Shown one piece after another: positions 39,536 through 50,051 of a stretch of DNA of 64,000 bases. The stretch comes from a bacterium (lineage in GTDB: Bacteria > Cyanobacteriota > Vampirovibrionia > Gastranaerophilales > UBA9971). The translations under genes and the position numbers were made by a program. The DNA lies in the NCBI GenBank assembly GCA_037147175.1, contig JBAWVS010000006.1:657-64656 (forward strand). The letters run 5' to 3'. Under the pieces are notes generated by a model. It had not been told where the DNA came from and searched no databases. It saw only the letters and a list, made by a program, of their open reading frames with translations. Numbering within the stretch: position 1 is the stretch's first letter; every line of letters begins with the position of its first letter.

Positions 39536-40516
39536 ATGAAAAAATTTTTCAATATAATGTTTGTTCTTTTAGCATTCCTTTCCTGTTTAGGATTAAGAGA
39601 GGAAGCAACAGCTTTATCGGCAGGAAAAATGATTGTCAGCCCTGTAAATGTCCCGACCGTTCAGTCAAGCTACGGGGTTTATCCTAATACAGTCGACATG
39701 ATAGCCAATGACATAATTAATTCAATAAACAAGTATTCGAGTTTTGACGTACCGGACCTTAATTCTGCCAAGGATTTGATAAAAAGCTACGGTTTATCAA
39801 AACGTTATAAAGAATTTCTCATGAATTATCGTGATAACAGAGTTGTTGATTATGAAACCTGTAATTTAATCGATAAAAGACTGGGCGTTGATAAGATTTT
39901 ATTAGTTTCAGGCGGATTTGATATTCAAAATATGTTTTTAAACAGGTCGGGAACTAATAAAAATTCCAGCATTTCTGCCGCTTTAATACCCGTATTTAGA
40001 ATGTTTTCCAAAGACCTGGTTGCTGTTATGTTTCCTTTTTATTTTTATAGCCAGTATAAAGACAGCAACCTTAACGAAGAGCCTATAAATCCCTATTACA
40101 AGCTTAATGTCCAGCTTGCATTGATAGATACTAGTACAGGTCTAGTTGTTTGGGAAAAATCATACAATCAAGACATGCCTGCTTCTGATTTTGGAAATCC
40201 AATAAATTCTTTCGGCGAAAATATAATTTCTTCAGGAAAATTGAAAAAATTCTCTGAAAATATAGCAAAAGAAACTTCTTTTGAAGTCTTTATGGCGACA
40301 AAAAATTCTGATTATACCTCAGTAAAGAGCAGTATAGTTTCATCTCCGGAACAAACAAATAATACAGTAAAAGCCGTTGATAAAAACAAAAAAACTTCAC
40401 CGGCAGACGAAAAAAAGATAAAAGTTAGCCCCTCTTCTCCTTCAGGTAATAACTATCTGGAAAACAAGAGAAAAGAAAGTTATAAAAAATGGGCAAAAGA
40501 GCAAGTAAAAAAATAA
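39536..40516 (+). CDS. Secreted or periplasmic hypothetical protein (possibly an LpoB/CsgG-like alpha/beta fold; tentative)
   Basis: N-terminal signal peptide MKKFFNIMFVLLAFLSCLG. Has a VDKILLVSGGFD ... LNVQLALIDTSTGLVVWEKSY pattern and a Lys/Ser-rich tail. Confidence 0.6.
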   Translation: MKKFFNIMFVLLAFLSCLGLREEATALSAGKMIVSPVNVPTVQSSYGVYPNTVDMIANDIINSINKYSSFDVPDLNSAKDLIKSYGLSKRYKEFLMNYRDNRVVDYETCNLIDKRLGVDKILLVSGGFDIQNMFLNRSGTNKNSSISAALIPVFRMFSKDLVAVMFPFYFYSQYKDSNLNEEPINPYYKLNVQLALIDTSTGLVVWEKSYNQDMPASDFGNPINSFGENIISSGKLKKFSENIAKETSFEVFMATKNSDYTSVKSSIVSSPEQTNNTVKAVDKNKKTSPADEKKIKVSPSSPSGNNYLENKRKESYKKWAKEQVKK

Positions 40517-40540
40517 AAATATTTTAGCAGGTTCACATAA

Positions 40541-41407
40541 ATGCCAATAAACAAAAAAAAATATGTTTTAACAATGATATGTCCTGATGCATCAGGTATT
40601 TCCGCAAGTGTGCTGAATTTTATTTATGAAAATAACGGATTTATAACTTCTTCTTATAATTATGGAGATCCGACAACAAAGAAATTTTTTATGCGAACTG
40701 TTTTTCAGGGTTCAAACTCAAAATTTGCAAAACTTGAAGATATAAAAGTCAAATTCAAACCTATAGCCCAAAAATATCAAATGCAATGGGAAATTAATGA
40801 TTGCGGAAAACTCCCCAGAGTTTTAATAGCTGTTTCAAAATTCGGACACTGTTTAAATGACTTGTTGCATAAAACAAAATCAGGTCAAATTCCTATGGAA
40901 ATTGCAGCGGTTGTATCAAACCATACAGAAATGAAAGATTTGGTTGAATGGTACGGGATAAACTACTTTCATCTTGCTTCAACAGGTCAGAATAAAGCTG
41001 AGAACGAAGAAAAAATCCTTCAGCTTGTTGATGGGCTGAGAATAGACCTTATTGTTCTGGCAAGATACATGCAGATATTATCGCCTAAAATGTGCGAAGC
41101 CTTAAACGGTCGCTGTATAAATATACACCATTCGTTTTTGCCCAGTTTCAAAGGAGCAGCTCCTTATACACAGGCACATGACAGAGGTGTTAAAATTGTC
41201 GGAGCTACCGCTCACTACGTAACATCTGACCTTGATGAAGGTCCGATAATAGAACAGGCTGTTGAAAGAATTGATCATACTTATACGACGGATGATATTG
41301 CAATGACAGTCAGGGATCTTGAGACAGTAATACTTTCAAGGGCTGTAAAGTGGCATGTGGAAAGACGAATCCTGCTTAACAATTCCAAAACAGTTGTATT
41401 CAGGTAA
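40541..41407 (+). CDS. purU: Formyltetrahydrofolate deformylase
   Basis: N-terminal ACT domain plus a formyltransferase core: INIHHSFLPSFKGA.PY.QA...GVK..GATAHYV...LDEGPII.Q. Confidence 0.9.
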   Translation: MPINKKKYVLTMICPDASGISASVLNFIYENNGFITSSYNYGDPTTKKFFMRTVFQGSNSKFAKLEDIKVKFKPIAQKYQMQWEINDCGKLPRVLIAVSKFGHCLNDLLHKTKSGQIPMEIAAVVSNHTEMKDLVEWYGINYFHLASTGQNKAENEEKILQLVDGLRIDLIVLARYMQILSPKMCEALNGRCINIHHSFLPSFKGAAPYTQAHDRGVKIVGATAHYVTSDLDEGPIIEQAVERIDHTYTTDDIAMTVRDLETVILSRAVKWHVERRILLNNSKTVVFR

Positions 41408-41435
41408 ACTGTCTGTGACGACTTGACATGGCTTT

Positions 41436-42440
41436 TTATTCTGATTCTTTATAATTTGGATTGCTGTAATAAGCGTGAGGATAAGTATAATCTTCTCTAA
41501 ATCCAATCCGTCTGTACATTTTTAGTGCAGGATAATTATCTGTTTCAACTGCCGCATTTACTTCACTTACCGCAATTTTTTGTTCTGCCAAAGATTTTAT
41601 TATCCCTGCCACTGCAGCTTTTAAAACTAATTTACCGAGCCCTTTATTTCTGATGTTTTTTCTTACTGAAATCAAAGGAATATTTGCTTTAGCCGGAGTT
41701 GCTATATGAACAAAACAAACACCTTCCAAAGAGCCGTCTTTAACTATAACTTTGGTTTCTTCAGGCATAAAATGACCAAAAACATTTTCTGTGATTTTTT
41801 TAATAACATCTTTACAACCTTCAGGAGTTAAAAATCTCGGGTCAAAAAGCACATCTTTAGAATTTTTAAATCCAAGATTTATTACTTCAACTGCTGAATC
41901 TAAATATTTTTCGTCCCATGATTCTATTGTGTACCCTTCAGGGAGTTGTCCGATATCAGCTTTTTGCAAAACTTTATACGAAATCGAATCGCAAAAATCA
42001 AATTTTACCATTGCCTGTCCGGTAAACTGAAATTGCAAAAGAGCAATATCTCTTGTGAATGTTTCCTGAAAACCAAGAAGAGGATAACTTATAACTTTCC
42101 AGTCGGTACGATTTTTTAAATGCTCTAACAATGCACCTGCAAGAGCCAGACGCTTTTTGTTTAAATCTTTTCTGTCAGGCACATGAATAACATTTAATTC
42201 TATCGCTTTATGTTGTTCAAAAACAAAAATAAGAATTCCTGCCGGTACTCCTTCATCAAATAAAGCAATTCCGTTTAAACGACCGTCCGCAATAAATTCT
42301 TTAAAAGAATAAAAATCCAGAGGTTCAATTTCATACCTATAATCTTTTGTAGCTTTTAGTCTGAAACTTTCATAAATTTCTTTTATTTGATCTATGTTAT
42401 CATTTGTTAAAAGCTCTGTTTTATAGGTAGTTTGCTGCAT
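41436..42440 (-). CDS. GNAT-family N-acetyltransferase (two-domain)
   Basis: C-terminal acetyl-CoA motif VRKNIRNKGLGKLVLKAAV, with GNAT-like beta-alpha units in both halves. Confidence 0.7.
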   Translation of the reverse strand: MQQTTYKTELLTNDNIDQIKEIYESFRLKATKDYRYEIEPLDFYSFKEFIADGRLNGIALFDEGVPAGILIFVFEQHKAIELNVIHVPDRKDLNKKRLALAGALLEHLKNRTDWKVISYPLLGFQETFTRDIALLQFQFTGQAMVKFDFCDSISYKVLQKADIGQLPEGYTIESWDEKYLDSAVEVINLGFKNSKDVLFDPRFLTPEGCKDVIKKITENVFGHFMPEETKVIVKDGSLEGVCFVHIATPAKANIPLISVRKNIRNKGLGKLVLKAAVAGIIKSLAEQKIAVSEVNAAVETDNYPALKMYRRIGFREDYTYPHAYYSNPNYKESE

Positions 42441-42595
42441 TTTTCATTCTCTCAAGTTCTTTACTAATCTATTCTACTATATGATTAATAAACACTAAAA
42501 TATATTAAAAACTCTTAATACTTAATTTTAAGAATTTGATTGTGATATAATTAACAAAATCAAAGTTCTGTAATAATAAAAAAGAGTATAAAATC

Positions 42596-43096
42596 ATGGC
42601 AAAAGACGAAAGTTTTGATGTAGTATCAGAATTTGACCAACCCGAGTTACTTAACGCGGTTGATCAAACAAAAAGAGATATGCAAGCAAGGTTTGACCTT
42701 AAAGATTCAGGCAGTCTAATTGAGCTTGAAGGCACAAAGACTATAACTATAACAACAAAAGATGACTTAAAATTAAGAAATATCATAGATATTCTTCAGT
42801 CAAAAATGGCAAAAAGAGGATTGAGCCTCAAAATTCTTGACCTTCAAAAAGTCGAAAACTCACTTGGAGGAAAAGTAAGACAGGTTATCAATTTAAAAAA
42901 AGGAATTAGTACGGAAATTGCAAAAAAAATTGTTGCTGATATAAAAACCTCAAAAATAAAAGTACAAGCAGCAATTCAGGGAGATCAGGTCAGAGTTTCC
43001 GGAAAAAACAGAGATGACCTCCAACAAGTTATAAAACTGCTGAAAGAAAAAGAAGATGAGTATGACGTAGCTTTGCAGTTTAATAATTACAGATAA
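42596..43096 (+). CDS. yajQ: YajQ-family (UPF0234) nucleotide / cyclic-di-GMP-binding protein
   Basis: SFDVVSE.D..EL.NAV.Q...... RFD.K start, length about 165 aa, and a duplicated ferredoxin-like pattern. Confidence 0.85.
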   Translation: MAKDESFDVVSEFDQPELLNAVDQTKRDMQARFDLKDSGSLIELEGTKTITITTKDDLKLRNIIDILQSKMAKRGLSLKILDLQKVENSLGGKVRQVINLKKGISTEIAKKIVADIKTSKIKVQAAIQGDQVRVSGKNRDDLQQVIKLLKEKEDEYDVALQFNNYR

Positions 43097-43124
43097 GCTC
43101 AGTTTTAAAAAAATAAAAACACCA

Positions 43125-43160
43125 AATACAAAGACCTCTCTTGCGAGAGGTCTTTGTATT
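43125..43160. terminator. Bidirectional terminator hairpin (16-bp perfect stem)
   Basis: AATACAAAGACCTCTC-TTGC-GAGAGGTCTTTGTATT. On the minus strand it directly follows tRNA-Met and is followed by a U-rich run. On the plus strand it follows yajQ. Confidence 0.8.
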
Positions 43161-43234
43161 TAGCATAGACTGGATTCGAACCAGTGACCGCGCGGGTATG
43201 AGCCGCGTGCTCTAGCCAACTGAGCTACTATGCC
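43161..43234 (-). tRNA. tRNA with CAT anticodon (elongator Met or lysidine-modified Ile2), CCA not encoded
   Basis: Reverse complement reads GGCATAGTAGCTCAGTTGGCTAGAGCACGCGGCTCATACCCGCGCGGTCACTGGTTCGAATCCAGTCTATGCTA. The anticodon stem lacks the three G:C pairs of an initiator. Position 1:72 is a G:U pair. Confidence 0.85.
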
Positions 43235-43262
43235 ATATTAACTTTTTATTATTATATAAATA

Positions 43263-44117
43263 TTAATACTTTGCAACTATAACCCTGTCAATTTGATTAT
43301 AGTCTTTGATAATTTTTATTTCTTCAAAACAGGCTTTTTTAAAAATTTTAACTGTGTCTGTCGACTGATAAATTCCTATTTCAACGGCTAAGCAGCCATT
43401 TTTATTAAGCCTGTATTTTGCCTGAGAAGCAAGTTTTTCATAAAAAGCCAGTCCTTTTTCATCTTCGGCAAAAAGAGCCTGATGCGGCTCATGAAGTACA
43501 ACTTCAGGCTGAAGATTTTGTTTTTCATGAATAGGAATATACGGAGGATTAGAAACAATTATATCGAATTTTTCTTTAGCATCAATATTTTCAAAGAGAT
43601 CGGAGTTAACAAAAGTTATTTTTTCTTTCACACCAAGCTTTTCTGCATTTAATTTTGCTACTTTCAGTGCTTTTTGTGAAATATCACCGGCAAAAACCTT
43701 TACATCTTTCAAATGTTTAGCAATCATGCAGGCTATGCACCCTGAACCCGTTCCTATATCAAGAATTTTTAAATTATTTTTATTAACAAGCTTCAAAACT
43801 TCTTCCACAAGAATTTCTGTTTCAGGTCGAGGAATCAGAACATTTTCATCCACATAAAATTCTTCCCCCATAAAAAAAGCTTTATTTGTCAGATATTGTA
43901 CAGGAATTTTTTCTTTAACACGTCTTTGTATCAAAGCATTAAAAACTTCGAGTTTCTCATCAGCCAGTTCTTTTTCAGGGTATAAAATCAAGTCTTTTTT
44001 AGTAATCCCAAAAACAAAATTCAAAAGAATACCTGTTTCCAGAGCCGCTTCACTTCGAGAAATACCGATTTTTTTCAACTTTAAAATTGTGTTTTGATTT
44101 ACTTCTTTTAAAAACAT
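43263..44117 (-). CDS. prmC: Release-factor glutamine N5-methyltransferase
   Basis: SAM motif ILDIGTGSG and the catalytic NPPY. Lies downstream of prfA. Confidence 0.9.
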   Translation of the reverse strand: MFLKEVNQNTILKLKKIGISRSEAALETGILLNFVFGITKKDLILYPEKELADEKLEVFNALIQRRVKEKIPVQYLTNKAFFMGEEFYVDENVLIPRPETEILVEEVLKLVNKNNLKILDIGTGSGCIACMIAKHLKDVKVFAGDISQKALKVAKLNAEKLGVKEKITFVNSDLFENIDAKEKFDIIVSNPPYIPIHEKQNLQPEVVLHEPHQALFAEDEKGLAFYEKLASQAKYRLNKNGCLAVEIGIYQSTDTVKIFKKACFEEIKIIKDYNQIDRVIVAKY

Positions 44118-44161
44118 TTAAATAATTCTTTTAATCTAAAAATGACAAAAAAGAACATAAT

Positions 44162-45244
44162 TTATACTGATTGTGCAAGTTTTTCGAGTTTTGCTTTCTG
44201 GTCAGCCTGTGCAAGAAGATGAAGAATGTCATCAAGTTCGCCTTCTATGATTGTCCAGACGTTTAAATTGACACCTATTCTGTGATCGGTGCATCTTCCC
44301 TGCGGAAAGTTATACGTTCTGATTCTTTCACTTCTGTCGCCTGTCCCCACCTGTGATCTTCTTAAATCGGTGATTTCCTGCATTTGTTTTTGAGATTCTA
44401 TGTCAAATATCTTGGTTTTGATAATTTGCATAGCTCTTTCTTTGTTTTGAAGCTGACTTCTTTCTTCTGTACAAAAAACCATAATTCCTGTAGGTTTATG
44501 CACAATTCTCACAGCTGTTTCTACCTTATTAACGTTTTGACCGCCTGCACCGCCTGAACGTGCCGTAGAAATTTCAAGATCTTTCGGGTCAATATCAATT
44601 GAAACATCTTCAACTTCCGGCATAACTGCAACTGTTGCGGTACTTGTATGAATTCTTCCCTGTGATTCTGTTACGGGAACCCTTTGAACTCTATGTACAC
44701 CGGATTCATATTTTAATCTGCTGTAAACAGCATCACCTTTTATGTTAATTACAACTTCACCTATACCGCCGACGTCACCTTCGGACAAACTCAAAATTTC
44801 TGTCTTCCAGCCCTGTTTTTCTGCATATCTGAGATACATTCTCATAAGATCAGCCGCAAAAATATTGGCTTCATCTCCGCCTGCACTACCTCTTATCTCG
44901 AGCATAATGTCTTTATCATCATTGGGATCTCTGGGAAGAAGGAGAACTTTCATTTTTTCTTCATATTTTTGAAGATTAGCTTCTGCCTGATCAAGTTCTG
45001 CCTGAATAAATTCTTTCATTTCAGGATCATTCTCAGCTTTTATCATTTGAATGGCATCTTCTTTTGCGCTTGCTGCCTCTTGCCATGCATGATAAATTTC
45101 AACACTTTCTTCCATGGACTTTCTTGTCTTTGAAAGTTTTTTAAATTCTTCAAAATCCTTGATTGTTTCAGGGTCGCTAAGCTTTTCTCCAAGCTCAATA
45201 TAGCTTTTTTCTATATTTTGAATTTTACCCAGCATATCTTTCAT
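44162..45244 (-). CDS. prfA: Peptide chain release factor 1
   Basis: PVT tripeptide ([14 protein letters not shown]) and GGQ motif ([17 protein letters not shown]). Confidence 0.97.
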   Translation of the reverse strand: MKDMLGKIQNIEKSYIELGEKLSDPETIKDFEEFKKLSKTRKSMEESVEIYHAWQEAASAKEDAIQMIKAENDPEMKEFIQAELDQAEANLQKYEEKMKVLLLPRDPNDDKDIMLEIRGSAGGDEANIFAADLMRMYLRYAEKQGWKTEILSLSEGDVGGIGEVVINIKGDAVYSRLKYESGVHRVQRVPVTESQGRIHTSTATVAVMPEVEDVSIDIDPKDLEISTARSGGAGGQNVNKVETAVRIVHKPTGIMVFCTEERSQLQNKERAMQIIKTKIFDIESQKQMQEITDLRRSQVGTGDRSERIRTYNFPQGRCTDHRIGVNLNVWTIIEGELDDILHLLAQADQKAKLEKLAQSV

Positions 45245-45259
45245 GATTATTTCTCCTTT

Positions 45260-45343
45260 ATCATCCTGAACTAAGCGAAGTATCTGTCCTTCATTATTAT
45301 TTTGACAAATTCTTCGGGTAGGCGATAAAACCCCTCAGAACGA
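45260..45343. repeat. Palindromic intergenic repeat, copy d (ATCATCCTGAACTAAGCGAAGTATCTGTCC ... ATTCTTCGGGTAGGCG..CCCCTCAGAACGA)
   Basis: Degenerate member of the family. Shares CGAAG(C/T)ATCTGTCC with copy a and ATTCTTCGGG with copy c. Lies between the thyX stop and the prfA RBS. Confidence 0.65.
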
Positions 45344-45348
45344 ATTTT

Positions 45349-46044
45349 TTAATTTATTTTCTGCGGTTTGCGTCCACAACCTCTGATTTCATCACAATGA
45401 CCGGCTGCTTCACACTTTGGGACAAGATATTCAGCAAGCCAAGGATCTTTTTCCATAGCAAGATCACACATTTTTTTGACCATAACTCTTATTTCATGCT
45501 GTGCGTTTGTGCAAAGCCTGATATTTGCGAGATGAATAAACTCCCTTAAATTAAGACTCGCAACAAGAGAACTTGTTGCAGCATTTGGAAGAATAAATCT
45601 TGCATCTTCGGCAGGAATCCCCTGATTTATCATTTTTTCATAAAATTCGGCCGTTTTGCTCATAAACTCATCATATTCAGCCTCTAAACCGGCTTTTTTT
45701 ATTGTATTAGGGGTAATATATTCAAACTGTCCTTTTTCTGTAACATATCTCTGGGATTTTTGAGAAAAAGACATATGTCTGTGTCTTACAAGCTGGTGAG
45801 TACATGCTCTTGAAACTCCGCTTATTGTAAATACATACTGACAATGCTCTATTGTACTGTGATGCCCTGAAGCAAGAACTCTTTTGACGAGTTTAAGCAT
45901 TTTTTCGTCATCAGTAGCATTTTCCCAGATGTTTATCGGATAATCAGCCGAGTAACAGGTTCTACATGCCAAAAAAATTATTTTCAAAGGATTTTCCGGC
46001 ATGCTTATGAGATTTACTATAGGAAATTCTTTTTCTTGAGTCAT
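45349..46044 (-). CDS. thyX: FAD-dependent thymidylate synthase
   Basis: ThyX signature RHRHMSFSQKSQRY. Confidence 0.95.
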   Translation of the reverse strand: MTQEKEFPIVNLISMPENPLKIIFLACRTCYSADYPINIWENATDDEKMLKLVKRVLASGHHSTIEHCQYVFTISGVSRACTHQLVRHRHMSFSQKSQRYVTEKGQFEYITPNTIKKAGLEAEYDEFMSKTAEFYEKMINQGIPAEDARFILPNAATSSLVASLNLREFIHLANIRLCTNAQHEIRVMVKKMCDLAMEKDPWLAEYLVPKCEAAGHCDEIRGCGRKPQKIN

Positions 46045-46063
46045 TTTTATTCCTTTTAACTAA

Positions 46064-46100
46064 ACAATAAGCCCGCAGAGGTACTGCAAAGGCTTATTGT
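46064..46100 (-). terminator. Hairpin downstream of rpmE (probable terminator)
   Basis: 10-bp outer stem ACAATAAGCC / GGCTTATTGT plus an inner GCAG/CTGC. The U-tract is weak. Confidence 0.5.
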
Positions 46101-46121
46101 AAAAATATAAAAACTGATGTT

Positions 46122-46331
46122 TTATTTTTTGTTTAAATTAGCGTAACGCTTGTTGAATCTTTCAACTCTGCCTTCGGTATCCATTATTTTTTGGGTTCCG
46201 GTAAAGAAAGGATGACATGCATTGCAAATTTCAACTTTCATTCCCTGAACAACTGAACCTGCTTCGATAACATTGCCACAAGCACAGCTAATAGTTGTTT
46301 CACTATATGTTGGGTGAATTCCTTCTTTCAT
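46122..46331 (-). CDS. rpmE: 50S ribosomal protein L31 (Zn-binding type A)
   Basis: MKEGIHP... C.C...... C..CHPF(F)TG. Confidence 0.95.
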   Translation of the reverse strand: MKEGIHPTYSETTISCACGNVIEAGSVVQGMKVEICNACHPFFTGTQKIMDTEGRVERFNKRYANLNKK

Positions 46332-46512
46332 TTTTTAAGTCCTCTTTTTTAAATTCTGTTTTTATTCTGATTAATATATTAACATGCTCAAAGTTTTACA
46401 TGGGCAAATTATTTAATTATTTTAAACAAATATTATAATAAAAATATATTTGAGTAAAATTTGATATAAAATAAAAACAACAAACTAAAAAAATAAAAAG
46501 GCTTTTTAAGTA

Positions 46513-47745
46513 ATGCAACATTTTTTTGAAAAAGATAAACCTTATAATTTACCTGATAAAAAAGGACGTTTCGGAGATTTCGGCGGGAAATACGTCCCTG
46601 AAACACTCATGGGCGCATTATATGAGCTGGAAAAAGTTTTTAATGAAGCTATATGCGATGAAAAATTCTTAAATGACTTATACAGTCTGATGAAAGATTA
46701 TTCAGGAAGACCGACTCCTCTTTATTTTGCGAAAAGGCTGACTGAATATTACGGTAAAGGCAAAATATACCTTAAAAGAGAAGATTTGAACCATACGGGC
46801 GCTCATAAAATAAACAATGCGCTGGGACAGGTTCTTTTGGCTCTCAAAATGAATAAAAAAAGAATTATCGCCGAAACGGGAGCAGGTCAGCATGGCGTAG
46901 CAACAGCCACTGTTTGCGCTCTTTTCGGGCTTGAATGCGAAATTTATATGGGAGAAGAAGATACAAAACGTCAGGCAGTTAATGTTGAGAGAATGAAACT
47001 TCTCGGCGCAAAGGTTAATCCTGTTTATTCGGGAAGCAAAACCCTTAAAGACGCAACAAGCGAAGCAATAAGAGATTGGGTTACAAATGTTGAAAACACT
47101 CACTATATTATAGGTTCAACCGTGGGTCCTCACCCGTATCCTGAGATGGTAAGATTTTTTCAGTCTGTCATAGGAAAAGAATCCCGTCATCAAATTCAGG
47201 AAAAAGAAAACAGGCTTCCTGATTATGTTCTTGCATGCATAGGAGGAGGAAGCAATTCCATGGGGATGTTCTACAGCTTTCTTGGAGACAAAGACGTTAA
47301 AATTATTGGAATTGAAGCAGCAGGTCAGGGTGTCAGTTCTGATTTTACTGCTGCAAGTATGATGAAAGGAAGACCCGGAGTTTTGCATGGCTCATTGAGT
47401 TATGTTTTACAGGATGATTACGGACAGATTGAAGAAGCTTACAGCATATCGGCAGGTCTTGATTACCCCGGAGTCGGACCTGAACACAGTTATTTAAAAG
47501 ATTCCGGCAGAGTAAAATATTATCCGATAAACGATGATCAGGCAGTAAACGCTTTCAAACTGCTCTCAAAACTTGAAGGAATAGTTCCTGCGCTTGAATC
47601 TTCACATGCTTTAGCTTATCTGGAAGAGCTTATGCCTTCCACATCAAAAGAAGAAATCGTGGTTTTGTGTCTTTCCGGCAGGGGTGACAAGGATTTACAG
47701 AGCGTGTTTAACTATTGTTCAGAAAAAAGTGAAAAACAAATATGA
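46513..47745 (+). CDS. trpB: Tryptophan synthase beta chain
   Basis: FG.FGG.YVPE, the PLP-lysine motif HTGAHKINN, and GGGSN. No trpA on either side. Confidence 0.95.
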   Translation: MQHFFEKDKPYNLPDKKGRFGDFGGKYVPETLMGALYELEKVFNEAICDEKFLNDLYSLMKDYSGRPTPLYFAKRLTEYYGKGKIYLKREDLNHTGAHKINNALGQVLLALKMNKKRIIAETGAGQHGVATATVCALFGLECEIYMGEEDTKRQAVNVERMKLLGAKVNPVYSGSKTLKDATSEAIRDWVTNVENTHYIIGSTVGPHPYPEMVRFFQSVIGKESRHQIQEKENRLPDYVLACIGGGSNSMGMFYSFLGDKDVKIIGIEAAGQGVSSDFTAASMMKGRPGVLHGSLSYVLQDDYGQIEEAYSISAGLDYPGVGPEHSYLKDSGRVKYYPINDDQAVNAFKLLSKLEGIVPALESSHALAYLEELMPSTSKEEIVVLCLSGRGDKDLQSVFNYCSEKSEKQI

Positions 47746-48989
47746 GTGAAGCAAAAATGGAAATTCAAGAAAAATTTATAAAACAGGCAGAATTTTTAGC
47801 GAAAGGAACTGAAGTTTTGCCGGGCGGAGTGAATGAACTTGCTAAAAAACTTCAGAAATCCGAAGAAACAGGAAAACCTTTAAGAGTAAAACTGGGACTT
47901 GACCCTACAAGACCTGATTTGCATCTCGGTCATACCGTTGTAATGCGCAAATTAAGACAATTTCAAAAAGCAGGGCATCAGGTAGTGCTTATTGTTGGCG
48001 GTGCGACAGCTATGATAGGCGACCCGTCAGGCAAATCGGAAACAAGACCCCCTTTAACAAAAACAGAAGTTGACCAAAATGCAAACACTTACCTTGAACA
48101 AATGGGACAAGTGGTTGATATAAACAATGCAGAAGTTGTAAATAATGCTGACTGGCTTCATGAAATGAAACTGGTTGATTTATTAAAGCTTTCTTCCCAA
48201 ATAACAGTCGCTCAAATGCTTGTAAGAGACGATTTCGCAAAAAGATATGCCGAAGGCAAGCCTATTTCTGTGCATGAATTTTTCTACCCTTTAATGCAGG
48301 CGTATGATTCTGTTGTCATTGATGCTGATATCGAGCTTGGAGGAACAGACCAGAGATTTAACGTGCTTCTGGGGAGAGATATTCAGAGCGCTTACGGCAA
48401 AAAACACCCACAAATGGTTATTCTTTTGCCTCTTCTTGAGGGAACTGACGGAATTGTTAAAATGTCTAAATCCTACCCTGATCACTGCATAAGCCTTACT
48501 GATTCTCCAAAAGATATGCTTGGAAAAATAATGAGTATTCCTGATGCTTTAATAGTAAGATATTACGAACTTTTAACAGATTTGCTTCCTGAAGAAATTG
48601 AAAAAATAAAATCCGAACTTGAATTGGGACAGGTAAATCCCCGTGATTACAAGATGAAGCTTGCAAAAATTATTGTAAGCGAATACTATTCTGCCGAAGA
48701 ATCAGAAAAAGCCGAGCAGGAATTTATAAATATTTTTAGCAAAAAAGGCTTGCCTGCCCAAATAGACGAATTTAAAGTCCTTGAAGGTACCGTTTTAATA
48801 GATTTTATAGCAGAAAATAATCTTTCTGAAAGCAAAGGTGAAGCTAAAAGACTTATTAAAGGCGGCGGAATAAAATTAGACAACGAAAAAGTTTCTGACC
48901 TTATGCAAAAAATCGAATTTGGAGATAAAGATTCACTTATTCTACAAGTCGGCAAGCGAAAATTCGCTAAATTATTTTGCCGGTTTTGA
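47742..48989 (+). CDS. tyrS: Tyrosyl-tRNA synthetase
   Basis: HLGH (HIGH motif), KMSKS, and a C-terminal S4-like domain ([18 protein letters not shown]). ATGA overlap with trpB. Confidence 0.95.
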   Translation: MSEAKMEIQEKFIKQAEFLAKGTEVLPGGVNELAKKLQKSEETGKPLRVKLGLDPTRPDLHLGHTVVMRKLRQFQKAGHQVVLIVGGATAMIGDPSGKSETRPPLTKTEVDQNANTYLEQMGQVVDINNAEVVNNADWLHEMKLVDLLKLSSQITVAQMLVRDDFAKRYAEGKPISVHEFFYPLMQAYDSVVIDADIELGGTDQRFNVLLGRDIQSAYGKKHPQMVILLPLLEGTDGIVKMSKSYPDHCISLTDSPKDMLGKIMSIPDALIVRYYELLTDLLPEEIEKIKSELELGQVNPRDYKMKLAKIIVSEYYSAEESEKAEQEFINIFSKKGLPAQIDEFKVLEGTVLIDFIAENNLSESKGEAKRLIKGGGIKLDNEKVSDLMQKIEFGDKDSLILQVGKRKFAKLFCRF

Positions 48990-50046
48990 TAAATTCTTTT
49001 TGTGCATCGTAAGCTTCTATTTCTAAAGGACTTTCAGAATATTTTTTTGTATATTCTTCGGACATACCTATTTTAGTGGCATTTAAGTCTGATTCAATAA
49101 AATATTTAAGTTGTTTTCTAGCTTTTTTGGCTTCTTCTTCTGTTAATGCCGCTTTATTTTTCAGAATTTCTCCATAAAATTCCGTATTTATTGACATAGG
49201 TAGCTTATCTGCAGAAATATCCGGATTTTCTACAAATAACTTTTCTCCCTGATAAGCTTTAATTTGACTCTCTACATCTTTTTGATCAAATATAAGATAT
49301 TCTTCATGATTGTTTTTAATATTCTGGCGTTCTCTCTTTTCAATATCATCAAAAGAAGCTGTTTTAAGCCAATTTTTGTGTTCTTTGTCATCATTTGCCG
49401 TCATTTTTTTAATCATTGCTTTATTAAAATCAAATAGATTTAATCTTACCATATTGGAATATTGTTCAAGGTGTTTGAGTTCATGAACTATTGTAGCTTT
49501 AATTGCAGGCATTTTTAAAGATGTTTCTATAACGCTTTTATCAAGTGCAATATAACCGTTATGAGGGAAACAAAATGCCTGTATATTATTTGATAATATG
49601 GTATTTTTGAAATCTACAAAAAATATTTTTGTTTTAAGACTCTTTTTGGCACATGTATCATCAACAAATTGTCTTATTTCTTTTTCTTTCTGAATTTGTT
49701 TTTCCTTAGTTATTGGTTTTGTATTAGAACTTTTTTGAATTAAAGTTATTGAAACAGCTGAAACAAGAGTCAACAAGGCTCCTGTGACTAATGCAACAGG
49801 TGTTGAAATATTTTTATTAAATTTTTTGGCAATATTTTTGAGTGCAAAGCTTGCCACAGCTACCATTGTGCTTAAAGAAAAAATGCCTAATGCGATTTTT
49901 CCCGGTGTGACAGCTAAATTATTATAAAGATCAACATAATCGCCTGCAATTTTGTTATCACCTTTAAATGATATTTTTTTACCTGTTTTACAATTTATAT
50001 TTGTTATATTTTTTCTCGGACTAATAAAGCCGGCATTTATAGACAT
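48967..50046 (-). CDS. Membrane-anchored hypothetical protein with an HExxH motif (putative Zn-metallopeptidase-like)
   Basis: Two predicted TM helices (IALGIFSLSTMVAVASFAL, VALVTGALLTLVSAVSITLI), then a soluble domain with ATIVHELKHLEQ. Lies 5 bp downstream of the M16 gene. Confidence 0.55.
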   Translation of the reverse strand: MSINAGFISPRKNITNINCKTGKKISFKGDNKIAGDYVDLYNNLAVTPGKIALGIFSLSTMVAVASFALKNIAKKFNKNISTPVALVTGALLTLVSAVSITLIQKSSNTKPITKEKQIQKEKEIRQFVDDTCAKKSLKTKIFFVDFKNTILSNNIQAFCFPHNGYIALDKSVIETSLKMPAIKATIVHELKHLEQYSNMVRLNLFDFNKAMIKKMTANDDKEHKNWLKTASFDDIEKRERQNIKNNHEEYLIFDQKDVESQIKAYQGEKLFVENPDISADKLPMSINTEFYGEILKNKAALTEEEAKKARKQLKYFIESDLNATKIGMSEEYTKKYSESPLEIEAYDAQKEFIKTGKII

Positions 50047-50051
50047 AATTT

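Noticed and set aside
46332-46512. Possible T-box or trp attenuator upstream of trpB-tyrS; a T-box or L-box was also considered upstream of lysS at 1237-1300.
   Set aside because: There is no T-box core (AGGGTGGNACCGCG-like), no specifier/antiterminator architecture and no Trp-rich leader ORF. The sequence is plain AT-rich spacer.
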